The translations under genes were made by a program, and so were the position numbers. A DNA stretch of 64,000 nucleotides, from contig OX597823.1 in assembly GCA_951406725.2 (NCBI GenBank), forward strand, positions 77,872,001-77,936,000, written 5' to 3'. How positions within the stretch are numbered: the stretch's first letter is position 1; every line of letters starts with the position of its first letter. The stretch is from Octopus vulgaris (Eukaryota). Positions 12,276 to 24,350 of the stretch are shown here, in pieces. The notes under the pieces are model-generated. The model had not been told where the DNA came from, made no database searches, and saw nothing but the letters and a program-made list of their open reading frames with translations.

Positions 12276-13427
12276 CACACACACACACACATGCACACAC
12301 ATCTGTATACATGCACTCATTTATATAAATGCATGGAGAGTGAGAGAGAGATAGATTATAACGTATACAGCTGTTTATGCCTTTTATTTGTCAAGTCCTG
12401 AAATCTCTCTCTCTCTCTCTCTCTCTCAACAATCAACTTTACACTGTAGAAGCAAAAGGATGCAGTATATTAACAATCATTGTTTTTTTTTTCTATTCTC
12501 AATAATCCTTATTTCCTCAGCAGTTAAATGGCTTCTGTGGATGTTTAATAATTATATTTTATTTTCCAATAAAACAAAATATGAATACGTTAGAGGAAAT
12601 ACAAGAGAAGACTTTCATTCAAAGTACTTCGCCTCCTACTGTGACTTGTTTTTTCTGAAATTTAGTAGAGTCATGGCAATTAGTGTTTATAATAATTGTG
12701 ATTATGATGGCTTAGTGTTTCCTTTTCTTCTTTTTTTAATTTTATGTGTTTCATTCTTTATTACTTAATTGTCAATTCTCTCCTTCAAAATCCATTCAAC
12801 AGAACTGAATAACATATACGAGCAGGTGTTCATTGTAGTAGCTCTACATCTAATTCTCTAAATCAGCATGAGTTGAATGAGTCTTCATTTTGGATGATTT
12901 CCTATTAATTGTCAAAGTAGATTTTTACTGCTTTTTAGTGCTTAGATGCCATCAGAATTCCATCAATATTTTTGCAGAAAAGGAGAAGTATTCACTAGGT
13001 TACAAAGTGATAATTATGAGTAGGCTTGACTTCCTCACCTGCTTCTTCTAAACTTCTTAATTACAAACCTTATACACATAAATATATTGAAATATATTTA
13101 ATGATAATAGCCATCTATGTATGTAGATACACAATTGATGGGCCAGAAGCTGTAGTGATTGTTCTGAAATAACATCTCTCATGGACATGTGTTAAAAAAT
13201 TTGTTCAAGCAGCAGCCAGCAAGAATGCACTGATGCACTTATTTTGGGGTTGGGTAGAGGGCTTCTCAATGATGTGTACTTACAGCTAGCCACAGGGCTG
13301 AATGAGAATCCATTGCCTTTGAAGAAGGAAACAGTGAATAAAACAGTGTTGCAAATGTCTGTCTGGTTGAATAAAATCTGATATATGCAACTGATACAGT
13401 ATTAGGTTAAAATAGCTATCTATGTAC

Positions 13428-13551
13428 CTGTTATATTACAATACTACACAGTGGCTGTGTGAGCTACGAAATCCTCATTGCCACTGTTATATCGCAATAC
13501 TACACAGTTGCTGTTTGAGCTATGAAATCCTTGTCACCACTGTTATATCAC
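13428..13551. repeat. Tandem repeat, 56-bp unit x about 2.2
   Basis: CTGTTATAT recurs at 13428, 13484 and 13540; units share AATACTACACAGT.GCTGT.TGAGCTA.GAAATCCT. Confidence 0.9.
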
Positions 13552-15134
13552 ACGTTTGGATGGCCTCTACTCAATTCCTCGACATCTAGACTTCTCTCTC
13601 TGTATCTACGTATTGCCTACTTCATCGTCTGGGGGCATCAACACAACAGTACCATACTTAATGTATATCTACTGTTGGGTACAAATTCTTTTTCTAGTAT
13701 TATAGCTATTTGAATTCAAAGCTATCGAATCTCTTAAACATTAATATTTTGAAAGATATTTATATATTCCAAGTATCATTTTAAGGAATTTAGTCTGTGT
13801 GATGTATTTTAAATATGATATTAGTTCATAACGTCTCAATGTGAATTCCACCTCTCTTCTACTCCCATCTTTTTTCTGATTTGTTTACCTTACATTTTAT
13901 GCATCCACAATTGTAATTTAACACAAATTTATCAAAATATTTCATCTCACATCCAGATGTTCCTTTAATTCTTTGTATTATTATTTGTGGATTTTCTTGG
14001 AAGGGTTTTCAATTCTTACAGATTTTTCTTTTTAAGTTTGGTGCTTTCCCTTCTAATTCCTGAAGCTTGCTGAACGTTTTGTAAATTATCTTCATACATA
14101 CTAAATTTTCTTCAGTATTCACAGCACTACAGAATGTAGACAACGTATATTTACTTGTATTTTGTTAATATTTTGCCTGAAAATTCGTTTTAAGCCTTCT
14201 CTCTATCTTAACCATATACAATCCATATGGACTGCTGAAGCTTACCAAATTCTGCTCTAAAGTTTAAAATAAAATTAGAAAGAGGCAATTAATCATTGTT
14301 TGATTGTTACCTTCTTTTTAAACAACTCAACTCATCTTAGAAATATTGAAATGCTATATAGCTCCAGGCTAGTGTTGATAAAAAAGAAATCTGGTCAAAA
14401 ACGTTCTTAAACTTGATTGTTTGGGTTTTATTTTTCTCGAGGCGTCTCTATGACTACATGTACAATATTTGCTTCCTCTTTTAAACATCGTCATCACATC
14501 ATCATCATGTAGTGTATGTCTGCAGCACATTGATGACACTACAGCAAAAATCTTCTTAATTAAGTGGGAGTTCTCTAACTGCCTTGTCACTCCTGTTAAC
14601 CAGCTCTTAGCATTGTTCATCTATTGCATTCTTTGCCTGCATCTTGATCTACTATGCTCATCTCTTCTTTCCATGATGATATTTTCCAGACCTCTACCTC
14701 TTCAAATATGGCTGCAATGGATAAACTTTTGTATTTTCACTATATTTAGGAATTGTTGTCTTCCATCTACCTGTTGCAACACCCATTCATTATTCCAATG
14801 GTCCTTACCAGAGACTCATAACATTCTCCCTATATACTTATATTTCAAATGCATTGATTATACTCTCTTCAAATTTGTGCTACATTTCCAGGCTTGCACT
14901 GATCAGATGGAATTCATTGGAGCAGATTTTCTATGGTTGCATGCTTTTGCTATTGCCAGCCTTTACTTCTTTCCAGGCAAAATGATATTTCTCTCTGACT
15001 TGATTGGACATGTTTCCTAGGAAGATGGGAAATGAAGGACACCGCTTGTATGCTGATGCTTATTTACAATGATAATGGGATGTCAAAACAAAGCGAGACA
15101 AACACACACATACTACGGGCTTCTTACAAATTCT

Positions 15135-15531
15135 TATTTCTTTATTGCCCACAAGGGGCTAAACATAGTGGGGACAAACAAAGACAGGCAAAGGGATAAA
15201 GTTCTGAGTTCAAATTCCGCCGAGATCGACTTTGCCTTTCATCCTTTCAGGGTCGATAAATTAAGTACCAGTTGTGCACTGGGGTCGATGTAATCGACTT
15301 AATCCGTTTGTCTGTCCTTGTTTATCCCCTCTGTGTTTAGCCCCTTGTGGGTAGTAAATAAATAGGTACTTTACTTATCCATCCTGAAAGGACGAAGGCA
15401 AAGTCAACCTTAGCAGTATTTAAACTCAGAGTATAGAGCATTAGGAATTTGAACTCAAAATGTAGAGGCAGACGAAATACCGCTAAGCATTTCACCCAGC
15501 ATGCTAACGTTTCTGCCAGCTTGCTGCCATT
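15135..15531 (-). mobile_element. SINE B inserted in a SINE A remnant with a 15-bp TSD; its centre is replaced by an inverted copy of 32853-33100
   Basis: TSD CTTCTTACAAATTCT at 15120-15134 and 15532-15546; 15201-15447 is the reverse complement of 32853-33100. Confidence 0.85.
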
Positions 15532-16336
15532 CTTCTTACAAATTCTGCCTACTAAATCCACAGACAAGGCTTTGGTTGAATTGGGGCTATAGAGGAAGAA
15601 AATTATCCAAAGTGCCATACAGTCGCTTTGCCATGCAGCTGAGAGGCAAACTTCTTAACCACACAGCCATGCCTGACAAATAACACATTTTAGTGTTTCT
15701 TAACATTTCTACAATTGTACTTGAGATAATTCATCATCTCATTTCCTTCAATGCTATCATCGTCGTCGTCATCACCATAATAGTTGTAGCTTTCGTTATT
15801 TGTTATGTATGTAATTGAACATTAAACATAAATCTAATTAGGATTATCAATCAAGTGCTGAGATTTATTTTATAAAGTTTAGAAAGAAAAAAAAAAACAA
15901 TAAGGAAAACAAAAAAAACCAACAAATTGAGCAAAGAATTTGAAATATTTATTTGTTGTCTTTGTTACATTCTTGTCTTTTACTCATTATTAAAATTGAT
16001 TTCGATTTTAATGCTTTTTACAGTAACATCTTCATCACTTGTTAATTTTCTGTTATTGTTATGATGTGTAATAACTAAGAGTTAATAATTTGAGAAGAGA
16101 AAGCAGTAATTATTTTTTGAACATTTTCTTCGCTAATTTTTTGTATTTAATCGTTGGTTTTTTTCTTTCTTCTTACATTGATTTTTGTAAGCATCTATCT
16201 GAAATTAACTAAATCCTACCTTCTTTCGCTTAACCCCTTACATTTGAAAACCCAACAAATTAAGCACCAGATGCGTAACAATATACACTTGACACTCAAA
16301 TGCAAACTGTTATATCCATTGGATGTTTGACATTAA

Positions 16337-17010
16337 CCCTTTAGCATTCAGATTCCTCTGTCAAATGTAATGTTTATTTATTCACATTGTTTTGAATTAA
16401 TCATGCATTACCTTGTAGTTATGAGATTTCAATGATGAGATTGTTACTTTTAGAATGCCATTGAACAGAACGCGTCAGGGGTCAGGTCTGGCCAGTTTTA
16501 ACATAAAATAGGTAGAATATTTGGGCTAAGTTAAAAAGAGACGATGAGCGATGGCTAGAAGTATATTGAGTTCTTCATAACCAGCTGATCTAGCAAGCGG
16601 GGCCTCATATCAGTGAGGGGGGTCCGGTGCGCATTGATGCCATCGAGAGGTAGGCCCCGAAATGGCGCGCATTCTCTCCTGATGACCCCATACACTTGCT
16701 AGCTTCTGGTATACGGAGCTTTTAACTGGTAGCACTTGCATGTGCAAGTTGTTTGCAAAACATCACTGGTTTAACCCTTTCGTTAGTGTATTTATTTTGA
16801 GATGCTTTGTGTTTCTTTCAATTCCTTTAAATATAACAAAGAATTTAGTAAAATAACTTCGTTATTATTAAGCTAGTATTAGGAACATAAATTGTGACTA
16901 AGGCTTGGTTGAAGATTTTAATTCAAAACTTATGAAAACAAGACATTTGTTTTACAAAGCCATAGCCAGTTTCAGCCGGGTTGGTAACGAAAGGGTTAAA
17001 TGCCAAAGGG
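16337..17010. mobile_element. piggyBac-type MITE (outer) carrying nested inserts
   Basis: TTAA|CCCTTTAGCATT ... AATGCCAAAGGG termini; right TTAA decayed. Confidence 0.7.
16775..16995. mobile_element. piggyBac-type MITE (inner), intact TIRs and TTAA TSD
   Basis: TTAA|CCCTTTCGTTA ... TAACGAAAGGG|TTAA. Confidence 0.92.
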
Positions 17011-17039
17011 ATCAAGTCATATTAGTTCATATTCATTCT

Positions 17040-17215
17040 GGTTCACCTTCGCTCGGAGCTTTGTCTGGTCGCGTCTGAATCCGTCGATAGCAGGAAGCAA
17101 AGAGAGAGAATAGCAGTCTTGCCTAGCTGCTGATGATGACTGCACATGCGCATAAGGGACTTCCGGCAGGCCTATTGGAAGACACTAATCCTTGCACATG
17201 CGCAACTGAACATGT
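17040..17215. promoter_or_regulatory. CpG-rich promoter-like patch with two NRF1-like sites, an ETS site and a CCAAT box
   Basis: TGCACATGCGCA at 17141-17152 and 17193-17204; ACTTCCGG at 17159-17166; ATTGG at 17174-17178; CpG retained in an otherwise CpG-poor window. Confidence 0.5.
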
Positions 17216-17224
17216 GATTATATC

Positions 17225-17427
17225 GCCTGACTGGCCCACGTGCCGGTGGAACGTAAAAGCACCCACTACACTCTTGAAGTGGTTGATGTTAGGAAGGGCA
17301 TCCAGCTGTAGAAACTCTGCCAGATCAGATTGGAGCCTGGTGCAGCCCTCTGGTTCGCCAGTCCTCAGTCAAATCGTCCAACCCATGCTAGCATGGAAAG
17401 CAGACGTTAAACGATGATGATGATGAT
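17225..17427 (+). mobile_element. Short interspersed family C, 3' part with (GAT)n tail
   Basis: TTAGGAAGGGCATCCAGCTGTAGAAAC...CCAACCCATGCTAGCATGGAAAGC.GACGTTAAA(C)GATGATG, as at 36.0, 44.7 and 61.4 kb. Confidence 0.9.
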
Positions 17428-18084
17428 ATATCTATTGGATATCTAAGGTTATGAATGTGTTGTCTTTCCTGGGTGGTTTCCAGATATTTCTGTACCATCT
17501 ACTTGCAGATGGCCAACAATTCAAAGTATAATATCTCTTACATACTTAAAAAGAAACTAACGTAACAAGTATATTTAAAATTTAGATTAATGTAATTTCA
17601 TTATAATTATTATCTTCATTATCAAACAATGATCCTCATCATTGTTGAGCACTGTGCATCACCATAGAATTTTTGAGGGTAGAATATGAAAGTAGTTCCT
17701 TGTTGTTGCTGTCTTCCTTTGAATGTTTTTTTACAACATTTTTTGGTCATAGATAATTCTGTGACAGACGGATAGACAGATACATAGAAAGAAGTGGGGA
17801 GAAAGAGAGAGTAAGAGAGAGAAAAATTAACAATCCCAGTACTTGACCAGTACTTGATTTAGCAACTTCAAGACAAAGGAATTGGCTTATTGACATTAAT
17901 TGGATTTGAACTCATAGCATAGAAAACTGGAACATATAGTGCAAAGCACTCTATCTATTGCCCTAATGACCCTGCCAATGCACTTATTATTATTATTATT
18001 ATCATCCTCATCATCATATTTGCCATTTTAGCATTATTTATCAAAGCTGCATCAGCTGCAGTGTATATAAGTATTTGTGTATAC

Positions 18085-18126
<42 letters not shown>

Positions 18127-18537
18127 TTTACTTTCTCTTGCCCTCTCTCTTTGAGTGGGTGTGTGGGTGTGTACACATATATAAAACTGCTAAGTTTGCC
18201 TCAAAAGTTACTGGTCAACTTAAGGCTATAACAGAAGACACTTTCTCTTGATAAATGTGGTTAGTAATAGAACAGGGTCTTAATCTTACAAATGAGACAT
18301 AGCTATAGATTACAGCTTCTAATGTTGTTATCACTTGTCATTCTGTAAAGTGGTTGGTGAATGAATGGTGACAACACAGAGTAAAGCAGTTACTATAATT
18401 TTACTGAAAAACTGACAACATTTCGAATGCTGATGTTAGATAAGTGCACCTAATACACTCTGATAAATGGGTGGTATTAAAGACCTTCTGTTGTTGAATC
18501 CATGCCAAAAATGTGGAATGTACAAGGGAGACTGTGT

Positions 18538-18845
18538 GGAGGCACATGGCTTAGTGGTTAGAGCAGCGGACTTGCAGGTGAGGGATCGTGGATTCAAATC
18601 TCAGACCAGGCGATGTGTGTGTTTATGAGCGAAACACCTAAGCTCCACGTGGCTCCAGAAATGGTAATGGCAAACTTCTGCTGACTCTTTCGCCACAACT
18701 TTCTTTCACTCTTTCCTCCTGCATCTTGCAGCTCACCTGCGATGGACTGGCGTCCTGTCCAGGTGGGGAATCTCTATGTCAAGGAAACTGGGAAACCAGC
18801 CCTTATTAGCCAGGCATGGCTCGAGAAGGAACAAATAAAAAAAGT
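18538..18845 (+). mobile_element. SINE family D (tRNA head, V-domain-like core)
   Basis: A box TGGCTTAGTGG, B-box-like GGATTCAAATC, core CTGCGATGGACTGGCGTCCTGTCCAGG; reverse copy at 55760-56016. Confidence 0.8.
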
Positions 18846-19748
18846 GAGACTGTGACATGGTCTACGTGCATTCTTGGAGGGCAGTTACTCCAAATAAGTA
18901 TACACTTTAGCTATGACAGTCTACCAAACAATAATCATGGTGTTGACTAGAGCCAATGAAAGTAGAGGCTCCATGTAGGTGCTTAATTGCAGAAAAATCT
19001 TATCCTGCTGTCTTAAGTAGCTAATTGACACATCAGATGATTCAATTTTAAATTCTGCTACCATGAAGGGATGGTCACTGCTACAATGCTTTTACAATGT
19101 CAGTATGAAAATCTGGGAAGTGGACATAAAATGACGAGGAAAAATAATTTTTCTTGGTTACCTTAATTATACCTTCTCTGATAATAGTACAATTAACTAT
19201 TTGTACTAGATGTGTTACCTGCCCTGGAAAAATTACCCCTGTGCTTATTGTCTTTGAAGAGGTTGGCTGAAGCATTCATTCCATCTCACTTTTTGCACTT
19301 GACACACATTCACTCACCTCTACTCTAACAATTCAATTATTTTTCCAGACTTACTCTCCATTGTTAGCACAATGGAATATAATAATATAAGCAGTAACAT
19401 AAACACAAAAAGTCATAGCTGATGGTTATTTCTAGTTTCAGTAAAGCTCTCTGAATCTATATATAAACCAACAACTAAACCTGAGAGATTCTGAACACTG
19501 ATATAAGCATTTTCAAAGTTGTTTCCAAACATTTTGGAATTGTTTTGACCTTTAACACACTTCTTACCATGGGACTACTCAAATAGTAGACTTTTGCCAC
19601 AAAGGATGTTTGGAATATTATATTTAAATACCTATGAACTTTTACTGGAGCTAAACTTGTAAAGTTTAACTTTTATATATAAATTGAATTTGTCACCAAA
19701 ACACAGTATATGTATTGTGCAAATCTTATAAATTCTCTAAATATGCTT

Positions 19749-19791
<43 letters not shown>

Positions 19792-20285
19792 CTCTCTCTC
19801 TCTCTCTCTCTCTCTCTCACTATATATATATAGCTAGCTAGATAGATATGGATGGATAGATAGACAGATAGATAAACAGATAGATAGATATATGAATATA
19901 TGTGTGTGTGGATATATATATATATATATATATATGGATATATATATATATATATATGGATATATGTATATATATGTGTGTATGTATGTATATGCATATG
20001 TATGCATATATATATGTGCATACATGTGTGTATATATATGTATATATATGATGATATATATATATTGCATGGTAAACGGATGTCAAAGAATGATTATTAT
20101 GATGGTGATGATGATGATGATGATGACGATGATGTGTGTGTACATATACACACACTTTGGTTGAACAAGCAACAAAATATAAAAAAGTTAATACATGAGT
20201 ATATATACTTCTGTATTTTTAACTGGCAGAAAGTTACAAAAGTAAAAATATAAAAGAGTATGTGTGTGTTTGAAGAGAATGAATA

Positions 20286-20336
<51 letters not shown>

Positions 20337-21169
20337 AAGGTAACAAACAAGGTAAAAATTCCTTATCATCTCTCTATTTAATTGATTGTGCATATATATA
20401 TATTTATATATATATATGTACACACACATACAGAGTTAGAGAGTCATATTGAAAGATTTGTGCAGAAATATAAATTTGGAATATATGTTTTAAAAGAGTT
20501 AGTGTAAATATATTACTGATATTTAGCTAACTGACCTCAGTAAAATATGATTATCCATTATATATTATATAATTGAAAGAAATATTGATTTCTTACCAAG
20601 TGATTTGGTTATGTCTTGGAGTAGAGCTTAAGAATATAGCTAGGAGTGTATAAACCCAATATATTACTGTTATTTTCTCAATCAATTACCCAAGGATTAA
20701 TAATTAAAGTTTCCTAAAAGGATGTATATATATATATATAATTGATGTAGTATGGATTTTATTCAGGTGGGCAGTTCTTTGCAGCATCTGTAAATGTTTT
20801 AATTACTTTTTCCTCTATCAGAGGCATTAAATTCTTGTCTGAGCAGGTGACTGGCTGCATGTGCCAATGATGAGACCCAAAAAGCTGGAATGCATCTGGT
20901 GTTCTCAATGGCTGCTGCTGGGAGGAATTTTTATCTAACACAGCGCATCTATAGGAGATGTTCTCTCTGGACAAAAGCCACAAAAACGAGCTTTATATAT
21001 GACAGGGTATATACGTTAAATATGATCCAGAGAGGAATTTGAACTTAAGATTTAGAAGAGATCAAATTAAATACCAAATCACATATTCTATCCCATTTTT
21101 CTATCAACCATTTCCTCTATTACCCACATAAGACAAGGATATTATCAAGCCAACTATACACCATCTGTG

Positions 21170-21340
21170 CAGTCACTCAACTTGCTAGAAATAGCAGACA
21201 AATATGCCTCAAATTACACACTACTGTTTTAAAATTGAAAGGGTACAGTGTCTAACAGAGTCAGCTGTTTGTAATTAGTAAAAACAACATGATGGTCATG
21301 GCTGGAATGCCTTTCATCATAGGGTCAATCTAAGATTAAA
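21170..21340 (+). mobile_element. Old interspersed family E; further copies at about 25190-25395, 26535-26740, 34960-35410(-), 42170-42380(-), 49090-49360(-) and 51195-51415
   Basis: Shared CTTGCTAGAAATAGCAG.CAAAT.T.CCTCAAAT.ACAC and GATGGTCATGGCTGGAATG motifs. Confidence 0.65.
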
Positions 21341-21402
21341 TGTCATCAGGTTTACTCACATTTTATTACTGTAACTTATTTTATTAACTTCATTGTAATA
21401 AT

Positions 21403-21454
<52 letters not shown>

Positions 21455-22033
21455 GTAATAATAATAATAATAATAATATTACTTATATTTAAACAATTCC
21501 CCCTCCCTCCTACGCCTTTAAGAACATTAGCAAGTCAAATACAATTACTGTTGAAGAAGTATAAAGGCTAACAATATATGAAAATTTGCTTTAGAAATAT
21601 ATTTATAGTTCTGTCATATTAGGACTAGCGTTAATGGAAATTGGGTTTTCTAATCAATGTATTGAAAACGTCTATTAAAAGTTTCTGTCTGGCTTTACAA
21701 ATTGGGTAATGTATTCATACCATTCTTCGGAAAGGATGCTTAGTTGGTTTCAAAATGTCTCCGACAATTGAAAAATATTCATTATTTTCAAAATAGAAAA
21801 CTCACAAAAGAAATTTGATTATGCGTGCTGAAATGTGATAAGGGGAAAGAACTCTATTAAGTTACTCTTGCTGCAGGAGATAAGTAGATCTGTTTAGTAT
21901 GGAAGTTTTCAAAAACATGCCAGCTTAACAATTTCATTTTTTTTAAAGCTTATCTTCTTCCTTTTAAAAAAAAAGCAAAACAAATACATATATATAATAT
22001 AGTATAACGTAATATATAATATGTACACACACA

Positions 22034-22332
<299 letters not shown>

Positions 22333-23017
22333 AAGTATTAAAACAAGACAAAATACCAAACTGTCTTTCAAACATAATTTAAATCATATTCCAGGATATC
22401 GATTTTAATTTCATATCATGATAGTTAGAATCATAAGAAAATGTTCCAATAAATTGCAACAGATAAATTAAATCAAAATTACTAAAATTACCAAAAAGTA
22501 AAAAAAATAATTATAAAAAATATAAAAAAGTAACCGCATGTACTAATGGATACTTTTGTTAGGCAGCCATGTATACATCCACTTAAATACACACACACAC
22601 ACACATGCGTGCATATACACACCTTGAAAAGAGAAGCAGTTTGGATAGCTAGTATAAACGTGTGTTTAAGTGTATGTGAGCGTACATATTACATGATTAT
22701 TAAAGATGCACTAAGCAGGTTGTTTAGCATAAATATACAATGGAGAATCTTCTCTGTGAACAGTGCAAGCTTTAACCATTGCCTGCTTACGTGAACATTA
22801 TTCAAAACATGTTAGTTAACACATTAATAATTAATCTGTTGACCTAACTGTTAATATGGTACTATTTATGCAAATGTGTTTTTCCAGTTGAGGGAAATCC
22901 TTGTTAGTTGTAATTGTGTGTATATTATCTGTTTGTGCAGAGAAAGTGGAATAAAGCTTCAATGAAATATTGACCTAAATAAGACTGAAACTGGCCACAC
23001 TATAGAGAGCTATATAG

Positions 23018-23063
<46 letters not shown>

Positions 23064-23068
<5 letters not shown>

Positions 23069-23180
23069 CTTGCCTTAGTGAAAGCGGAGGTATTGTTTTC
23101 AATTGTGTTTGTTTGTTTGACCATGGACAAGATATCTCAAGAACTGCTTGATGGATTTTGATGAAACTTTCAGGGATGTA
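23064..23180 (+). mobile_element. Helentron-associated (HINE/DINE-1-like) end fragment
   Basis: TTACCCTTGCC...GCGGAGGTA subterminal hairpin, (GTTT)n, then GATATCTCAAGAACT...GGATTTTGATGAAACTTT, a layout typical of HINEs. Confidence 0.6.
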
Positions 23181-23311
23181 TATAACACTCTTTATCTGCC
23201 AGAAAGAGTGCTAAAACAATTGGTTATATTTGTAATGTTTTCTGTGTAACTATCAAAATGGCTTACGTATATATTTCTTATGTAGAGTATAGATTGCTGT
23301 AAGTCTGTGTT

Positions 23312-23606
23312 CAGTTGCAGACTGGCCAGGATGCCAGCTTGCCTGATGGCAAGTGGGCCCTTGTGCCATTAGAATCCATATATGGGGGCCCATGTTAGTG
23401 TCTAAGGGGCCCATCCCCTCATGTTTGAGAATTTTTTTCTTCACTCCTGGAAGAATGCATGAATTATTTCAGTCTGGCTGTGTTTGTAGACACTTGAAAA
23501 GAATGCTTATAACAAAAAAGAAAAAAATTAAATGATAGCATTGTAGTTGTGGGGGAGCCCCCTTAGTCTCCTGGCAACCAATATTTTTAGACCCAGTCTG
23601 CCACTG
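23312..23606. mobile_element. hAT-type MITE, copy 1 (empty-site version)
   Basis: TIRs CAGTTGCAGACTGG / CCAGTCTGCCACTG (13 of 14 match); decayed 8-bp TSD TCTGTGTT/TCTATATA; colinear with 30389-30841. Confidence 0.85.
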
Positions 23607-23961
23607 TCTATATAATATGTTGGCATTGTATATTTTCTAAATTATTTATTAAAGATATATAATTCACCATTTTACTTTGTGTCCTTTTAATATACTCTTG
23701 GGATTTTACGTGAAATTCTTTGAACCAAACTCCAAATTTACAAAATGAACAGGAGTAGAACTCTAATAGTATGCTCTGCAAAGTTCCTAATGTTTCCTAC
23801 TTGCCAATACAGTTAGCCAAGTTTGGATTACAAACTTAAAAAGTGCTTGTCTGTATTTTGAAATTCTTATTTCCTTGATATATATATATATATAATTATA
23901 AGCAATAATAAATTTTAGAGCGAGATTTGGGTGGCAAATATTCTTCATGATATATAGATAG

Positions 23962-24350
23962 GCACATGAGTGGCTGTGTGGTAAGTAACTTGCTTACCAA
24001 ACACATGGTTCCGGGTTCAGTCCCACTGCATGGCAGCTTGGGCAAGTGTCTTCTACTATAGCCTCAGGCTGACCAAAGCCTTTTGAGTGGATTTGGTAGA
24101 CAGAAACTGAAAGAAGCTCGTCGTATATATGTATATGTATATATATATGTGTGTGTGGGGGGGGTGTTTGTATTTGTCCCCCCAACTAATGCTGGAGTGT
24201 TTATATCCCCGTAACTTAGCGGTTCAGCAAAAGAGATCGATAGAATAAGTACTAGGCTTACAAAGAATAAGTCCTGGGGTTGATTTGCTCGACTAAAGGC
24301 GGTGCTCCAGCATGGCCACAGTCAAATGACTGAAACAAGTAAGAGAGTAA
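23962..24350 (+). mobile_element. SINE family A, full length
   Basis: A box TGGCTGTGTGG, B-box-like GGTTCAGTCCC, internal TA/GT tract, tail TGACTGAAACAAGTAAGAGAG. Confidence 0.92.

Noticed and set aside
13310-13358. Possible very decayed hammerhead (cattgc ctttgaaga ... aaaa cagtg tt gcaaatg)
   Set aside because: Both core halves are altered and there is no stem II; cannot be told from chance.
14067-14125. Minus-strand CTGAAGA...AAAACGTT
   Set aside because: Stem I does not close in register.
14469-15020. 183-aa ORF
   Set aside because: Non-ATG start, no recognisable domain; overlaps decayed antisense repeat sequence.
20759-20983. 74-aa minus-strand ORF in unique sequence
   Set aside because: No homology recognised, non-ATG start and no convincing splice signals.
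21300-21356. Minus-strand CTGATGA...GAAA (similar case at 50085-50142)
   Set aside because: Overlaps family E repeats; stems I and III do not pair.
22355-22402. Minus-strand hammerhead-like remnant beside (TA)n
   Set aside because: 5' core reads CTGGAAT; too degenerate to support.
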